Counted from the stretch's first letter, positions 1-10,309 are shown. The stretch: DNA of 64,000 nt from Pseudomonadota bacterium (GCA_014584465.1 JACTMU010000102.1:21896-85895), one strand, 5' to 3'. The notes: generated from the letters alone by a model not told the origin. Numbers and translations: made by a program.

Positions 1-148
1 AGGAATCGTCTTCTTCGCACGTGGGGCTCGTCCAATTGTGGTGCAACAGCGAGCACTCAACCGTTGCTACGGTGAATCAGTTCATTGTGTAGCTCTTGGT
101 TGCTATCGCGTTTACTAAGAGTGGTGCTTCACTGACACCACCCGACCT

Positions 149-197
149 AAAAATTGGGTGCGCTTTGGCCCTAAATTTGGTGGAAAAGCGCACCCAA
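149..197 (-). terminator. Rho-independent terminator downstream of ppiD
   Basis: Perfect 13-bp stem (154-166 ttgggtgcgcttt / 185-197 aaagcgcacccaa) with an 18-nt loop. On the minus strand it is followed by TTTTT (rc of 149-153). It lies 26 nt past the ppiD stop. Confidence 0.7.
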
Positions 198-222
198 ATT
201 TCAATTCAAATCTGCAATTCAA

Positions 223-1794
223 TCAGAAACCTTCAGGTTCTTGCTGTTGAGAAGCAAAACGAGGATTTCGCACGATCGTAGCCTCCTGCTCAACCTTCTC
301 AATCCAAAGAGAAAATGCCTCCTGGCCCTGCCGCCTTTCCACCTCTTCCGCAAGCTCTTCATCGCTTTGCTCCTTCTCCTCGGACTTGCCCTTCTTTGAT
401 GGCTCAGCACCCTCTTTCGACTCTTTCCAAAGAAGAACATAGTACTGGTCGCCTTCGTGAACCAGCCTGGGAAAGACTGGATGCTCTTGAGTCAACGAGA
501 AGGACTCCACAACCAAATCTTCATCTCCTCCCACTCGAGGAAGTGAGGTTTGAGTCAAATCAAAGGATCCCGTTTCTCGCCAATCCCCTTTCCACCTCTT
601 CACAAAATTACGAACCCGTTCCACACTTCCCTCTTTGAGGAGGGACTCAAACTCCTTCTCAACGTCTGCAACCTTCTTCTTGGCAAGAAGTTTCCGTGCA
701 ATCCCATGAGTCGCACTCTCCAAGCTCGTGGTTGAAGCTGGTTTTTTCTCCATAATCTCAATCAAATGGTACCCATAACTGGTCTTAACTGGTTCGCTGA
801 TCTTTCCAACTTCACCACCAAAGGCCACCTCTTCAAATTGGGGGACCATCTTTCCCCGTTCAAAAAAGCCTAGATCTCCACCTTGTCCCTTGCTGCCCGC
901 ATCTTCACTCATCTTTTTTGCCAACTCAGAAAAATTTTCCGAAGTCAATTGGGAACGAATCTCTTTGATCTTGTTCAATGCTTTACCCTCGGTGTCTGAG
1001 TCCCCAGCCTGAAACTTAATCAGAATATGTCGAGCGCGAACCTGCTCACGGAGTTCAAATTCACTCTTATTCTTATCGTAATAGGCCTGAACCTCCTTCT
1101 TGAAAGATTCCTCGGCCAAGGACTTCTGAACTTCCTCATCTGCAATGGATTTCGCAGAAACAAGTTCTGACCCTTTGATTGTAAAAAGCTCAAGATTCAT
1201 CTTATGTTTCCGTAAATTACGCTCTTGTTGAATCTCATGAGAGGATGGTTTGGTCACCAAGGAGAAGATCCGCCGCAACCTTCGATTGAGGTTCTCTTTT
1301 CGAATGTCCGCTTCAAACTCTCCGGGAGTTAACTGATTTGCTTCCAAGAGATCGTAATAGAGTGTCTTACGAAATTGTCCATTTTCTTTGAAACTTGGAA
1401 TCTCGTTGGTAATAAAATCACGAATCTCCTCATCTGTGCTCCAAATTCCCTCGCGGCTTCCAAATTGAGAGACGAGCTCAAATTGAATGAGACCCTCCAA
1501 CGCCTGACGTGGAAGGCTCTTACGTAGAAAATCCATTTGCCCACCAAACATCTTCGCGTAAGTGCGCTCGAGCTCCTCCATTCGTCGACGATACTGGCTG
1601 ACCGAGATGATCTTATTGTTGACTTCAGCTGCTGCACCCGTTGAATCCAAACTTCCGGGTTGGCCAATTCCCCAGAAGATAAAGGTCACACAAATTGCCC
1701 CGAAAATTAGGTAGGCAAGAATGACCTTCGGTCCATTTCTTCCTTGAGAAGGTTTTCTCAACGTCCCTAACTGCTTCTGAAACCATTTCAACAT
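223..1794 (-). CDS. ppiD: Periplasmic chaperone / peptidyl-prolyl isomerase PpiD-like (SurA_N + parvulin domain)
   Basis: N-terminal TM segment VILAYLIFGAICVTFIFWGI. Parvulin block VRARHILIKF...GGDLGFFERGKMVPQFEEVAF...SYGYHLIEI. An AAGGAG RBS precedes the ATG at 1794, so the ORF-track start at 1869 is probably too long. Confidence 0.85.
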   Translation of the reverse strand: MLKWFQKQLGTLRKPSQGRNGPKVILAYLIFGAICVTFIFWGIGQPGSLDSTGAAAEVNNKIISVSQYRRRMEELERTYAKMFGGQMDFLRKSLPRQALEGLIQFELVSQFGSREGIWSTDEEIRDFITNEIPSFKENGQFRKTLYYDLLEANQLTPGEFEADIRKENLNRRLRRIFSLVTKPSSHEIQQERNLRKHKMNLELFTIKGSELVSAKSIADEEVQKSLAEESFKKEVQAYYDKNKSEFELREQVRARHILIKFQAGDSDTEGKALNKIKEIRSQLTSENFSELAKKMSEDAGSKGQGGDLGFFERGKMVPQFEEVAFGGEVGKISEPVKTSYGYHLIEIMEKKPASTTSLESATHGIARKLLAKKKVADVEKEFESLLKEGSVERVRNFVKRWKGDWRETGSFDLTQTSLPRVGGDEDLVVESFSLTQEHPVFPRLVHEGDQYYVLLWKESKEGAEPSKKGKSEEKEQSDEELAEEVERRQGQEAFSLWIEKVEQEATIVRNPRFASQQQEPEGF

Positions 1795-1901
1795 CTTTTC
1801 ACTCCTTCCCTCATTGCATATTTTTTTGGATTGATAGAGAATCTCCTCATACTTTACGGACTTTTGCAAGTCGCCTTAGCCCCTTCAAGGATGAGAGATT
1901 T

Positions 1902-2801
1902 ATGAGTTTTCTGCAACTTGACCCAAAAAAAGTGGCCGCCATTGTCATATTCATGATTCCTCTTCTCCTTCTTAACATGAAGCACAACTTCCCAAACGAT
2001 GCGTGGTATACTCGGCCTCTCACCTTTGCGACGGGTTTGATTCAAAGTGGTTACTCCTCTTTCTCTAATGCTGTGCGAAATGTTGCAAGCCACTATCTTT
2101 GGCTTCTCAAGATCAAAGAGGAGAATCGACAGCTCATTCAAGACAATGATCTTCTTAAAGCCAAACTGACAGAGCTTGAAGAGCTAAGAATCGAAAACAA
2201 CCAACTCAGTGACCTTTTGAAGTTTAAAAGAAGTTCCCCTATGGAACTTCTCTCCGCCAAAATCATTGGTCACGATCCCATCGTCGAACATTCAACCCTT
2301 GTGATCAACCGTGGAACTCATCATGGAGTCAAGGCGGGCATGGCCGTGATCTCCGTGGAAGGCGCCGTTGGCTACATCTTTCGTCCCGAACTTATGACAT
2401 CTCAAATTCTACTTTTGACCGATCGATACTCAGTGATCGATTCGGTCGTACAACGCTCCCGTGCTCGTGGCGTTGTGGAGGGAAAATCTCAGAAGGAGTG
2501 CAGACTTCGTTATCTCGAACGCGGCGACGATGTGAAGGTAGGGGACCTCGTTGTAACCAGTGGTCTTGACAATATCTTCCCGCGAGGCTTTCCTGTTGCC
2601 ACAGTGACCAAGGTTGAAAGTGATCCCCTAGGGACCAGTCAACGCGTGGACCTTCTTCCTGTCGCCAACACAAACGAGCTTGAAGATCTCTTTATCATTC
2701 TCAATTCAAACCACCTCAACCTGCTGGATCCCGAAGCCGACCGTCCAGAAGCTGCTCCTGCTCAAAAGCGAACTCCAAGTAACAAAAAGGGGGTCCCGTG
2801 A
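1902..2801 (+). CDS. mreC: Rod shape-determining protein MreC
   Basis: N-terminal TM plus coiled coil (LKIKEENRQLIQDNDLLKAKLTELEELRIENNQL), then MreC beta-barrel motifs (GMAVISVEGAVGYI, GDLVVTSGLDNIFPRGFPVA). GTGA overlap with mreD. Confidence 0.9.
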   Translation: MSFLQLDPKKVAAIVIFMIPLLLLNMKHNFPNDAWYTRPLTFATGLIQSGYSSFSNAVRNVASHYLWLLKIKEENRQLIQDNDLLKAKLTELEELRIENNQLSDLLKFKRSSPMELLSAKIIGHDPIVEHSTLVINRGTHHGVKAGMAVISVEGAVGYIFRPELMTSQILLLTDRYSVIDSVVQRSRARGVVEGKSQKECRLRYLERGDDVKVGDLVVTSGLDNIFPRGFPVATVTKVESDPLGTSQRVDLLPVANTNELEDLFIILNSNHLNLLDPEADRPEAAPAQKRTPSNKKGVP

Positions 2802-3340
2802 AGAGGCTCCTTGTTTATTCTGCTCAACTTCTTTTAATCCTGGGGATTTCATTAGGGCTGCTGCTGATCCAGTCCACAATTTGGAGAGACTGGTTTGGGA
2901 CCATGCCGGCCCCCATCTTATGGATTCCGGTGGTGGTCTATCTTGCGCTCTTTCGTCCGCTCTTTGATGCTCTTGCGGGGCTCTACATGGTGGCCTTTGC
3001 GGTCGAGTCCGTCAGCGCAATACCACTTGGAATCCTTTTGACGCTCCTTTTGATTCAACTTGCAACATTGACCTTTCTGAAACAACGTATCTATTGGACC
3101 GGGATCACCTACTTTGTGCTTGCAACATCGATTTCGGTCGCAGTCTTCCACTTGAGCCATCTCATCCTTTCGTGGACCTTCGAGATCAATCCCATCACCC
3201 ATCCCGATCTGCTGTCTTGGTTGGCACACCTCCTTTATGCGCCTCTGTTTTCTCCACTCATCTATCGCGTGATAAGACTTGTCGATTGGCAAGAACGTGA
3301 TGCAAATGAAAACAGAATACCTGGAGTAACCCTTCCATGA
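2798..3340 (+). CDS. mreD: Rod shape-determining protein MreD
   Basis: A 180-aa polytopic membrane protein sitting between mreC and mrdA. GTG start overlaps the mreC stop, and ATGA overlap with the next gene. Confidence 0.8.
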   Translation: MKRLLVYSAQLLLILGISLGLLLIQSTIWRDWFGTMPAPILWIPVVVYLALFRPLFDALAGLYMVAFAVESVSAIPLGILLTLLLIQLATLTFLKQRIYWTGITYFVLATSISVAVFHLSHLILSWTFEINPITHPDLLSWLAHLLYAPLFSPLIYRVIRLVDWQERDANENRIPGVTLP

Positions 3341-5352
3341 GTCAGTATCTTCCCGAAGAAGAGGAAGCAAAGATCTATCTGCAGCGATACATCCTATTGC
3401 GATGGATCGTCGTCTTTTCCGTGACCGTCTTGATCATAAGACTTTGGTATCTTCAGATCATCGAAGGACAAGAGCTGGCTGATTTTTCAATGAGAAACCG
3501 AGTGAAAGAGACTCGAATTCCTGCACCTCGAGGCCTCATCCTGGATCGAGACGAACGCGTCCTGGTGGACAATCTCCCGGGCTTTGAAGTTACGATCACA
3601 CCCCAATATGCCTCGGAGCTCGAAGAGACTGCCAAATACGTGGGAGGCATCTTGGGCATCCCATCCAATGCGATTGTCACTAAAGTAAAGACTGGGCGAA
3701 AGAAAAATGGCCCTTTTCGTCCTGTGCAAATCAAAGATCACCTTTCACGAGATGAACTTTTCCGGCTCATGCTCAAACGATTTGATCATCCTGGATTGGA
3801 GATTCGCGAGACCATCGTCCGCGGTTATCCTCTCAAAGAAAATGGTGCTCAACTCTTTGGTTATGTGGGCGAAATTTCTAAAGAGCAGATCCCCGAGTAC
3901 AATGCAGGAAGAACTCTTCGTGAACGCCTCCAGCAGGGCGATGTGATTGGTCAAACAGGGATTGAAAAGTATCTTGACGATACGATTCGCGGAGTCGATG
4001 GCGCCTCATTTATGCAAGTTGATGCCCGTGGACGGGAAGCTCGCTCTTCGACTTTGCGACTTTTGGAAGCCATCGAACGAACGCAAGAGGCCGTGCCGGG
4101 TCAGAGCGTTGTTTTGACCATTGATCGCGATGTCCAAGAGGCTGCCTATAAGGCGATGCAGGGTCAACCCGACAAGATTGGCCCTCGAATCGGAGCTTTG
4201 GTCGCCATTCGACCCAATGGAGAGGTCGTGGCATGGGCCAATTCACCCTCTTACGATCCCAATGAATTCTCAACAGGGATCTCTCCCGACATTTGGAAGG
4301 TTCTCGTCAATGACCCCTTTCAGCCACTTCGAAACAAGGTCATTCAGGATCACACACCACCAGGCTCTACCTTTAAGGCGATCGTTGCGCTTGCAGCTCT
4401 TCAAGAAAAGCTGATCACGCCAAACACCAGCTACTTTTGCGGTGGATCTCTCAAATTTGGGCGAAGAGCCTATCATTGCTGGGCCGAACATGGCCACGGC
4501 AATGTGAATCTGCTTGAAGCCATTGAGCGCTCGTGTGATGTCTTTTTCTACCGGGTTGGAATGGCTCTGGGAATTGATCGAATCGCAAAATATGCAAAAG
4601 CTCTTGGCCTTGGTGATCTCACCAACATTGACACCGTAGGAGAGGTCACTGGGATCATTCCCACTGAGGAGTGGAAAGAACGTCGTTTTGGCGAAGCTTG
4701 GCAGCCCGGAGAAACTCTCAGCAATGCCATCGGACAGGGTTTTGTTCTTGCAACTCCTCTTCAAATGGCCGTGGCCTTTTCTACCATCGCCAATGAGGGC
4801 GGACTCTATCGGCCCTTTTTGCTTAAAAAAATCTTAGACCAGCGAAGTCGAGAAACACCTCTCAACAATCCCCATGGCCCAACTTTGATTCGAGATCTTT
4901 CCACGATCAACCCCTCTCAAGTCGTTATTGATCCCGAAAATTTTCGCTTGGTCAAAGAGGGCTTACGTAGAGTTTCTAACGGTGCCAGCGGTACGGCTCG
5001 ATATTGGAAGATCCCTGGGGTGGAGATTGCCGGAAAAAGTGGAACGGTTCAGCTTCGCTCTTACGCTGCCAATGAGATCTTTACCAAGTGTGACTCTCGC
5101 CCCCTCAGCCATCGTCATCACGGATGGTTTGTGGGCTACGCACCTGCCCAAAATCCCGTAATCACAGTCGCCATGTTGGCCCAACACTCATGTTCAGGCT
5201 CCTCTGGGGCGGGACCCATTGTTCGTGACGTCATTCGAGCTTACATTGAAAAATATCATCCAGAGATGATTGAACGAAAACCCTCGCAAAAGATTATCGC
5301 CCCCCAACCTCAACCCCAATTAGAACCAGGGCTACAAGGAGATGAAGATTGA
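3337..5352 (+). CDS. mrdA: Peptidoglycan D,D-transpeptidase PBP2 (MrdA)
   Basis: N-terminal TM, PBP dimer domain, and transpeptidase motifs SxxK (PGSTFK) and KSGT (AGKSGTVQ). Sits in mreCD-mrdA-rodA synteny. Confidence 0.92.
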   Translation: MSQYLPEEEEAKIYLQRYILLRWIVVFSVTVLIIRLWYLQIIEGQELADFSMRNRVKETRIPAPRGLILDRDERVLVDNLPGFEVTITPQYASELEETAKYVGGILGIPSNAIVTKVKTGRKKNGPFRPVQIKDHLSRDELFRLMLKRFDHPGLEIRETIVRGYPLKENGAQLFGYVGEISKEQIPEYNAGRTLRERLQQGDVIGQTGIEKYLDDTIRGVDGASFMQVDARGREARSSTLRLLEAIERTQEAVPGQSVVLTIDRDVQEAAYKAMQGQPDKIGPRIGALVAIRPNGEVVAWANSPSYDPNEFSTGISPDIWKVLVNDPFQPLRNKVIQDHTPPGSTFKAIVALAALQEKLITPNTSYFCGGSLKFGRRAYHCWAEHGHGNVNLLEAIERSCDVFFYRVGMALGIDRIAKYAKALGLGDLTNIDTVGEVTGIIPTEEWKERRFGEAWQPGETLSNAIGQGFVLATPLQMAVAFSTIANEGGLYRPFLLKKILDQRSRETPLNNPHGPTLIRDLSTINPSQVVIDPENFRLVKEGLRRVSNGASGTARYWKIPGVEIAGKSGTVQLRSYAANEIFTKCDSRPLSHRHHGWFVGYAPAQNPVITVAMLAQHSCSGSSGAGPIVRDVIRAYIEKYHPEMIERKPSQKIIAPQPQPQLEPGLQGDED

Positions 5353-6467
5353 ACCTCTCAATGCAGGTGGAAGAGCGTACTTTTTTGAAACGGATCGACT
5401 TTAATTTTGCCTTTGTCATACTCGCCCTCAATTTGGTGGGGTTGATCAACCTTTACAGTGCCACTCACGGCATCCACTCCACCAATGAAGACCTCTTCTG
5501 GTCCCAAATTATTTGGCTCTTTATGGGGTGGTTTCTCTACTTTGTGCTCACCCTGATTGATTATCGCATTGTATTGAGGTGGTCCTACCTCATTCTTGCC
5601 CTTAATATTCTCGCTCTCTTACTTGTGAAGTTTCATGGCAAGTCATTTTATGGAGCTCAAAGGTGGCTCGATCTTGGAATCTTTCGTTATCAACCAAGTG
5701 AGACCATCAAGCTTGCTTTGATTCTTGTTCTTGCCCGCCACTTAGCTGGGCACAAGAAACTCGGACAACTCGGATTAAAAGATCTTGTCATTCCAGCCGT
5801 TTTGATTCTTATCCCTTTCGGCTTGACCGTTGTCCAACCCGACTTGGGTTCTGCACTTTTGATCGGAGCCATCTCATTTTCGATGATCCTGTTCATTGGG
5901 GTGAAAAGAAAGATCTTTGTCATGGGCGTCATTATTGCAGTCGTTGGAGCTCTCCTTACCTGGGAGTTTGGTATGAGGGATTACCAGCGAAATCGTGTTG
6001 AAACTTTTTTAGATCCGGGTAAAGATCCGCGCGGTGCTGGATACAACAGCATTCAATCCAAGATTGCTGTGGGAAGTGGTCGTCTCCTTGGCAAGGGTTT
6101 TCGCAAGGGAACACAATCTCAACTCGAATTTCTGCCTGAACGTCACACGGACTTCATCTACAGTGTGCTGAGCGAAGAGCATGGTTTTGTCGGAAGTGTC
6201 TTTACTGTGATTCTCTTTGCGATTCTATTTCTCATGGGACTCAACGTTGCCACGCAAGCAAAAGATAAGGCTGGAGCTCTCATTGTGGTTGGAGTTCTCA
6301 TTTTCATCTTCTGGCACATGTTTGTGAACATTGGAATGGTGATTGGAATACTGCCAATTGTAGGAGTGCCACTCCCTTTACTCTCCTATGGGGGGTCGGG
6401 TATGTTTTCTGTCATGGCCGGACTCGGATTTGTCTCAAGTGTGGCCTATCGGAAATATCTGTTTTAA
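5349..6467 (+). CDS. rodA: Peptidoglycan glycosyltransferase RodA (SEDS family)
   Basis: FtsW/RodA/SpoVE signature regions (QPSETIKLALIL, PERHTDFIYSVLSEEHGF, LPIVGVPLPLLSYGGS). The start is TTG at 5349 or ATG at 5361. Confidence 0.92.
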   Translation: MNLSMQVEERTFLKRIDFNFAFVILALNLVGLINLYSATHGIHSTNEDLFWSQIIWLFMGWFLYFVLTLIDYRIVLRWSYLILALNILALLLVKFHGKSFYGAQRWLDLGIFRYQPSETIKLALILVLARHLAGHKKLGQLGLKDLVIPAVLILIPFGLTVVQPDLGSALLIGAISFSMILFIGVKRKIFVMGVIIAVVGALLTWEFGMRDYQRNRVETFLDPGKDPRGAGYNSIQSKIAVGSGRLLGKGFRKGTQSQLEFLPERHTDFIYSVLSEEHGFVGSVFTVILFAILFLMGLNVATQAKDKAGALIVVGVLIFIFWHMFVNIGMVIGILPIVGVPLPLLSYGGSGMFSVMAGLGFVSSVAYRKYLF

Positions 6468-6512
6468 ATGTCTGTCTGCGTGAAACCCATAAACAGGAAA
6501 GGATGACCCTCG

Positions 6513-7154
6513 ATGACCAAATTCAACCAACGTTTGGAAGAGATGCTCAGTCCTGAACGCAAAGAGCGCATCGAATCGGTCCTTGCAAATCGAACCTACA
6601 AGATCTTACCCGTTCTAGAAAATCTCTACGATCGTGGAAATCTGAGCGCGGTCTTACGAAGTGCCGAGGCCTTTGGGCTTCAGCAAGTTCATCTGATTGA
6701 GCTCAACGAGAAGTTTAAAGTTGCAAATCGTGTCACTCAGGGAGCTGAGAAATGGATCGATCTCAAAAGATGGAAGGAGACCGAATCTTGCCTTAAGCAC
6801 CTGAAAGATCGGGGCTATCAGGTGATCGGAGCCGATCTGGGTGAACACTCAAAATCGATCTCCGAATTTGACTTTACTCGCCCTACCGCCGTTGTATTTG
6901 GAAGTGAAAAGATGGGCTTGTCCGAAAATGCGAAATCACTCTGCGATGGTCGAATGATCCTCCCTATGGTGGGTTTTGTGCAAAGCTTCAATATCTCTGT
7001 GGCTGCAGCCCTCACCTTTCAGTACATCTACCTGCATCGTCTTCGCCAACAAGGTCACCATGGTGATCTTTCACTTGAAGAGAAGAGCTATCTCCGATAT
7101 GAATTTTATAAGAGATCCCTATTTGAACCTTCGCAACGGATGACCTTAGACTGA
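6513..7154 (+). CDS. trmH: SpoU/TrmH-family tRNA/rRNA 2'-O-ribose methyltransferase
   Basis: SPOUT motifs: NLSAVLRSAEAFG, VVFGSEKMGLS, ILPMVGFVQSFNISVAAA. Confidence 0.85.
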   Translation: MTKFNQRLEEMLSPERKERIESVLANRTYKILPVLENLYDRGNLSAVLRSAEAFGLQQVHLIELNEKFKVANRVTQGAEKWIDLKRWKETESCLKHLKDRGYQVIGADLGEHSKSISEFDFTRPTAVVFGSEKMGLSENAKSLCDGRMILPMVGFVQSFNISVAAALTFQYIYLHRLRQQGHHGDLSLEEKSYLRYEFYKRSLFEPSQRMTLD

Positions 7155-8956
7155 TGTCCAATGAACTCAAAGAGTTTAAAGACTTTACCCTGAAGATGAT
7201 CCAGGATCTGCCACGCTCCTGGCAAAAGTTGGGTCTGGATTACCTTCACCGAATCACTAAGCGAGAGATCATCGAGCTCAACGTTCTTGCCATTCTTACC
7301 GGCGTGATTGCTGGATATGCCTCGATAGGATTTCGCTACCTGATCGGCGTGATTCAGAACCTCACGTTTCATGGGACCTTAGGAACCGATCTGGTTGCTC
7401 ACGAAGATATTGCTCTTGGATGGTGGATCTTCATTATTGTGCCAGCGGGACTACTCATCTCAGCCTATCTCACTCGATGGTTTGCGCCAGAGGCCAAAGG
7501 TCATGGCGTCCCTGAAGTGATTGAGAGTGTGCTTGTTCGTGGTGGAAAGATGAGAAAACGGCTGGTCTTGATCAAATCTCTGGCATCAGCCATAACCATT
7601 GCAGCAGGAGGATCCGTTGGTCGTGAAGGCCCTATTGTTCAGATCGGCGCAGCTGCGGGATCGGTCTTTGGCCAATACCTCAAACTCAACACGCGTCTAT
7701 TAAAAACGCTCGTCGGGTGCGGTGCTGCAGGTGGAATTGCAGCCTCATTCAACACTCCCATTGCAGGAGTGATCTTCGCCATTGAGATCATCATCTTAGA
7801 ACTTAAGACCAAGAGCTTTGTTCCACTAGTGATTTCGACCGTCTTTGCATGCCTCGTCTCTCGAATTCACTTGGGAAATGAGCCCTCATTTTGGGTCCCA
7901 TCCTACTCGCTCGTGGACTCCCGCGAACTTATCTTTTACTTTGTTTTGGGAGTTTTGGCCGGTGTTGTAGGACACATTGTGGTCAAAACAGTTTATGGCA
8001 TTGAAGACCTCTTTGACAAAGCCCCAATCCCCTTCTTTTTCAAGCCCCTCATAGGTGGTTTGATCGTAGCCTCGATTGGATTCTACTACCCTCAGATCTT
8101 TGGTGTGGGTTACGAAGCCATGAGTCGTGTGCTTCGAGAACAGGGGACCTTGGAGCTGATGGCTCTTCTTGTGGTCCTCAAGATTGTTGCGGTGAGCGTG
8201 ACTCTTGGTGCCGGTGGATCCGGAGGAGTCTTTTCACCAGCCCTCTTCATTGGTGCCATGGTAGGAGGTGCCTATGGCTATCTTGTTCACTCACTCTACC
8301 CCACAATGACCTCTGGGTTTGGCCCCTATGCCTTAGTTGGAATGGCAGCCGTATTTTCCTCGACCAGTCGAGCAACTTTTACGGCCATCGTCATTCTCTT
8401 TGAAATGACTATGGACTACTCGCTGATCCTTCCTCTGATGTTTGTCTGCGTCACCGCCGATCAGGTGGCGTGGGCCCTCTCCTCAGAGTCGATCTACTCA
8501 TTGAAGCTTAAGAGAAAGGGGCTCTCGTTTGTGACCGACATCGGCGTCAATCTCATGTGTGTCACTCGGATCAAGGATGTGATGACCCAAAATCCGATTG
8601 TCGTCTCTGAGGAGATGACCCTCAATGAAGCCGAGATGGTGATCTCAAAGGATTCCCATGCGACCTATCCGGTGGTCAACAGCACGGGAGCACTCTGCGG
8701 CCTGGTGTCCCTGGAGAGTTTTCGTAATCATATGGAAAAGCAACCTCCAGGAAAGAACCTTTTGATCAAAGAGATCAAAACAGTTCCCAAGACGATCGTT
8801 CATCTCAACGACACGGTCGATATGGCTCTTAAGAAACTTGAAAAGACCCGCGACCCCAGAATCATCGTGGTGGATCAGAGCACTCAAAAGGTGGTTGGAA
8901 TCGTAAGCCCCATCGACCTGGTTCGATTGAGCTCGACCGAAACTCAAGAGACTTAG
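7154..8956 (+). CDS. ClC-family voltage-gated chloride channel / H+-Cl- antiporter with C-terminal CBS pair
   Basis: ClC selectivity motifs GSVGREGP and GGSGGVFSP, with about 10 TM segments. The C-terminal tandem CBS-like region runs VKDVMTQNPIVV ... VVGIVSPIDLV. Confidence 0.9.
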   Translation: MSNELKEFKDFTLKMIQDLPRSWQKLGLDYLHRITKREIIELNVLAILTGVIAGYASIGFRYLIGVIQNLTFHGTLGTDLVAHEDIALGWWIFIIVPAGLLISAYLTRWFAPEAKGHGVPEVIESVLVRGGKMRKRLVLIKSLASAITIAAGGSVGREGPIVQIGAAAGSVFGQYLKLNTRLLKTLVGCGAAGGIAASFNTPIAGVIFAIEIIILELKTKSFVPLVISTVFACLVSRIHLGNEPSFWVPSYSLVDSRELIFYFVLGVLAGVVGHIVVKTVYGIEDLFDKAPIPFFFKPLIGGLIVASIGFYYPQIFGVGYEAMSRVLREQGTLELMALLVVLKIVAVSVTLGAGGSGGVFSPALFIGAMVGGAYGYLVHSLYPTMTSGFGPYALVGMAAVFSSTSRATFTAIVILFEMTMDYSLILPLMFVCVTADQVAWALSSESIYSLKLKRKGLSFVTDIGVNLMCVTRIKDVMTQNPIVVSEEMTLNEAEMVISKDSHATYPVVNSTGALCGLVSLESFRNHMEKQPPGKNLLIKEIKTVPKTIVHLNDTVDMALKKLEKTRDPRIIVVDQSTQKVVGIVSPIDLVRLSSTETQET

Positions 8957-8960
8957 GATA

Positions 8961-9001
8961 GGATCTGTGACAAAATAACCTAGACATTTTGTCACAGATC
9001 C
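8961..9001. terminator. Bidirectional hairpin terminator between convergent ClC and trxA
   Basis: Perfect 16-bp inverted repeat (ggatctgtgacaaaat, 8961-8976 / attttgtcacagatcc, 8986-9001) with a 9-nt loop and A/T-rich inner stem ends. Confidence 0.7.
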
Positions 9002-9319
9002 TTAGCTCAAGTGGCTTCGAATCATTGAGGATATCTGCTCCTTAGGATGGTTCCCCACAATCTGCTCAACCTCTTTGCCATCTTGAAACAAGATCAACGT
9101 GGGAACGCCTCGAATCCCATATTTGGCCGGCGTATCTGGATTCTGGTCGATGTCAACCTTAAGAACTTTGATCTTACCCGCAAACTCCTTGGCAATTTCC
9201 TCAAGCTTTGGTGCCAAAGCTCGACAGGGACCACACCACTCTGCCCAAAAATCGACAAGTACGGGAAGATCCGATTGCAAAACATCTTTATCAAATGAAC
9301 TGTCGTTGGTTGCGTTCAT
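9002..9319 (-). CDS. trxA: Thioredoxin
   Basis: WCGPC active site inside the typical fold (VLVDFWAEWCGPCRALAP...GIRGVPTLILF). An AAGGAG RBS lies 6 nt upstream of the ATG at 9319, so the longer ORF-track start at 9418 is unlikely. Confidence 0.92.
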   Translation of the reverse strand: MNATNDSSFDKDVLQSDLPVLVDFWAEWCGPCRALAPKLEEIAKEFAGKIKVLKVDIDQNPDTPAKYGIRGVPTLILFQDGKEVEQIVGNHPKEQISSMIRSHLS

Positions 9320-9368
9320 AACAACTCCTTTTCTCTTTGCTTCGCTCAAATCAGAAAAATTTCGCCAC

Positions 9369-10079
9369 TCAACTCTTAGAAAAGAGTGCTTGAGCGAACG
9401 CCTGTCTTTCACGCTCAAGCTCCTCCATCTCCTCAGATTTGCAACTCTTTCGAGCCTGCTCTCTAGCCTCTATCATACGCTCTCTAGGAATGCCATGAAC
9501 TTTCGGTGGTGGCATCTCCATAACAGCGGCCGCGTAACTCTCTTCACGATCCTCCTTGGAGAAATACTCGATCTCCACATTGAGCGCAGCTGGCTCTTCG
9601 CTCTTTGCCCCGTGGTCCTCCCCCTGGGAAACAATGGAAAGATCTTGATTTTCCGATCCCTCATGGCTCTTTAGACGCGCCTCATGAAGTCGTTGCTGCT
9701 TTTCAAAAAGGGCCCTCGCATCAATACCTCCAGTTTGGGCCACTGTGGCAATGAGATCGTGGGGGTTCACCGGACTCTTAAGAAGAGCTGCGACCACCTC
9801 GGCCATTGCACCCTCCATCTTCGGAGTCTGTCCCTCCGCAAAAATCAGGACCACCTTAGGAGCCATCTTCTTTCGATGTTGATGGATTGCAATGCGAACT
9901 CCATTGACGGACCGGCTGATCCCCGTACAGATCATAAGATCCGCCTTAAAGCTCAGCAAGGCCTCTTCCACCTTAGACTCCTTTTGAGCGTCGAAGACAT
10001 CAAATCCAAGACTCTTTAGAGTCGATTGGATAAAAGTGGATTCATTGTAGTTGTCGATCACAAGCAAAATTTTTAGCAC
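9369..10079 (-). CDS. Receiver-like (pseudo-receiver) domain protein with an acidic/charged C-terminal tail
   Basis: The N-terminus has CheY-like topology (KILLVIDN..., ADLMICTG..., KVVLIFAEG, LLKSPV). The position expected for the phospho-acceptor Asp reads I-C-T. There is no output domain; the C-terminus is E/K/R rich. Confidence 0.55.
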   Translation of the reverse strand: MLKILLVIDNYNESTFIQSTLKSLGFDVFDAQKESKVEEALLSFKADLMICTGISRSVNGVRIAIHQHRKKMAPKVVLIFAEGQTPKMEGAMAEVVAALLKSPVNPHDLIATVAQTGGIDARALFEKQQRLHEARLKSHEGSENQDLSIVSQGEDHGAKSEEPAALNVEIEYFSKEDREESYAAAVMEMPPPKVHGIPRERMIEAREQARKSCKSEEMEELERERQAFAQALFSKS

Positions 10080-10309
10080 ACCTTATTATCTCCCCCTAGG
10101 ATCATGAGGGTCAAATGAAGATGAGGCGCAAAAATCACAAAGATCTCTACGGGAACGATCTCTCCATTGACCCCTACCAGAAACTCCTGATACGTTTCTT
10201 AATGTTTCGCCAAACGTCAAGTGGTGGGATCTCATGTGGAGTTACTCCCTCCTGGAGTGATAGCACTGCGTGTAATGAGTGTTTCGAGTTTTAAGTTTGA
10301 GAGGATTTT

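Noticed and set aside
3-92. Open frame at the window edge that could be the 3' end of a plus-strand gene.
   Set aside because: Only 29 codons are visible, with no recognisable motif. It cannot be supported.
96-638. ORFs 96..281, 219..440 and 315..638.
   Set aside because: They overlap the ppiD terminator or run alternate-frame or antisense to ppiD, and they have no supporting signals.
9320-9418. N-terminal extension of thioredoxin (ORF-track start 9418).
   Set aside because: It would overlap the upstream gene's 3' end. A strong AAGGAG RBS sits in front of the ATG at 9319, which gives a canonical ~105-aa thioredoxin.
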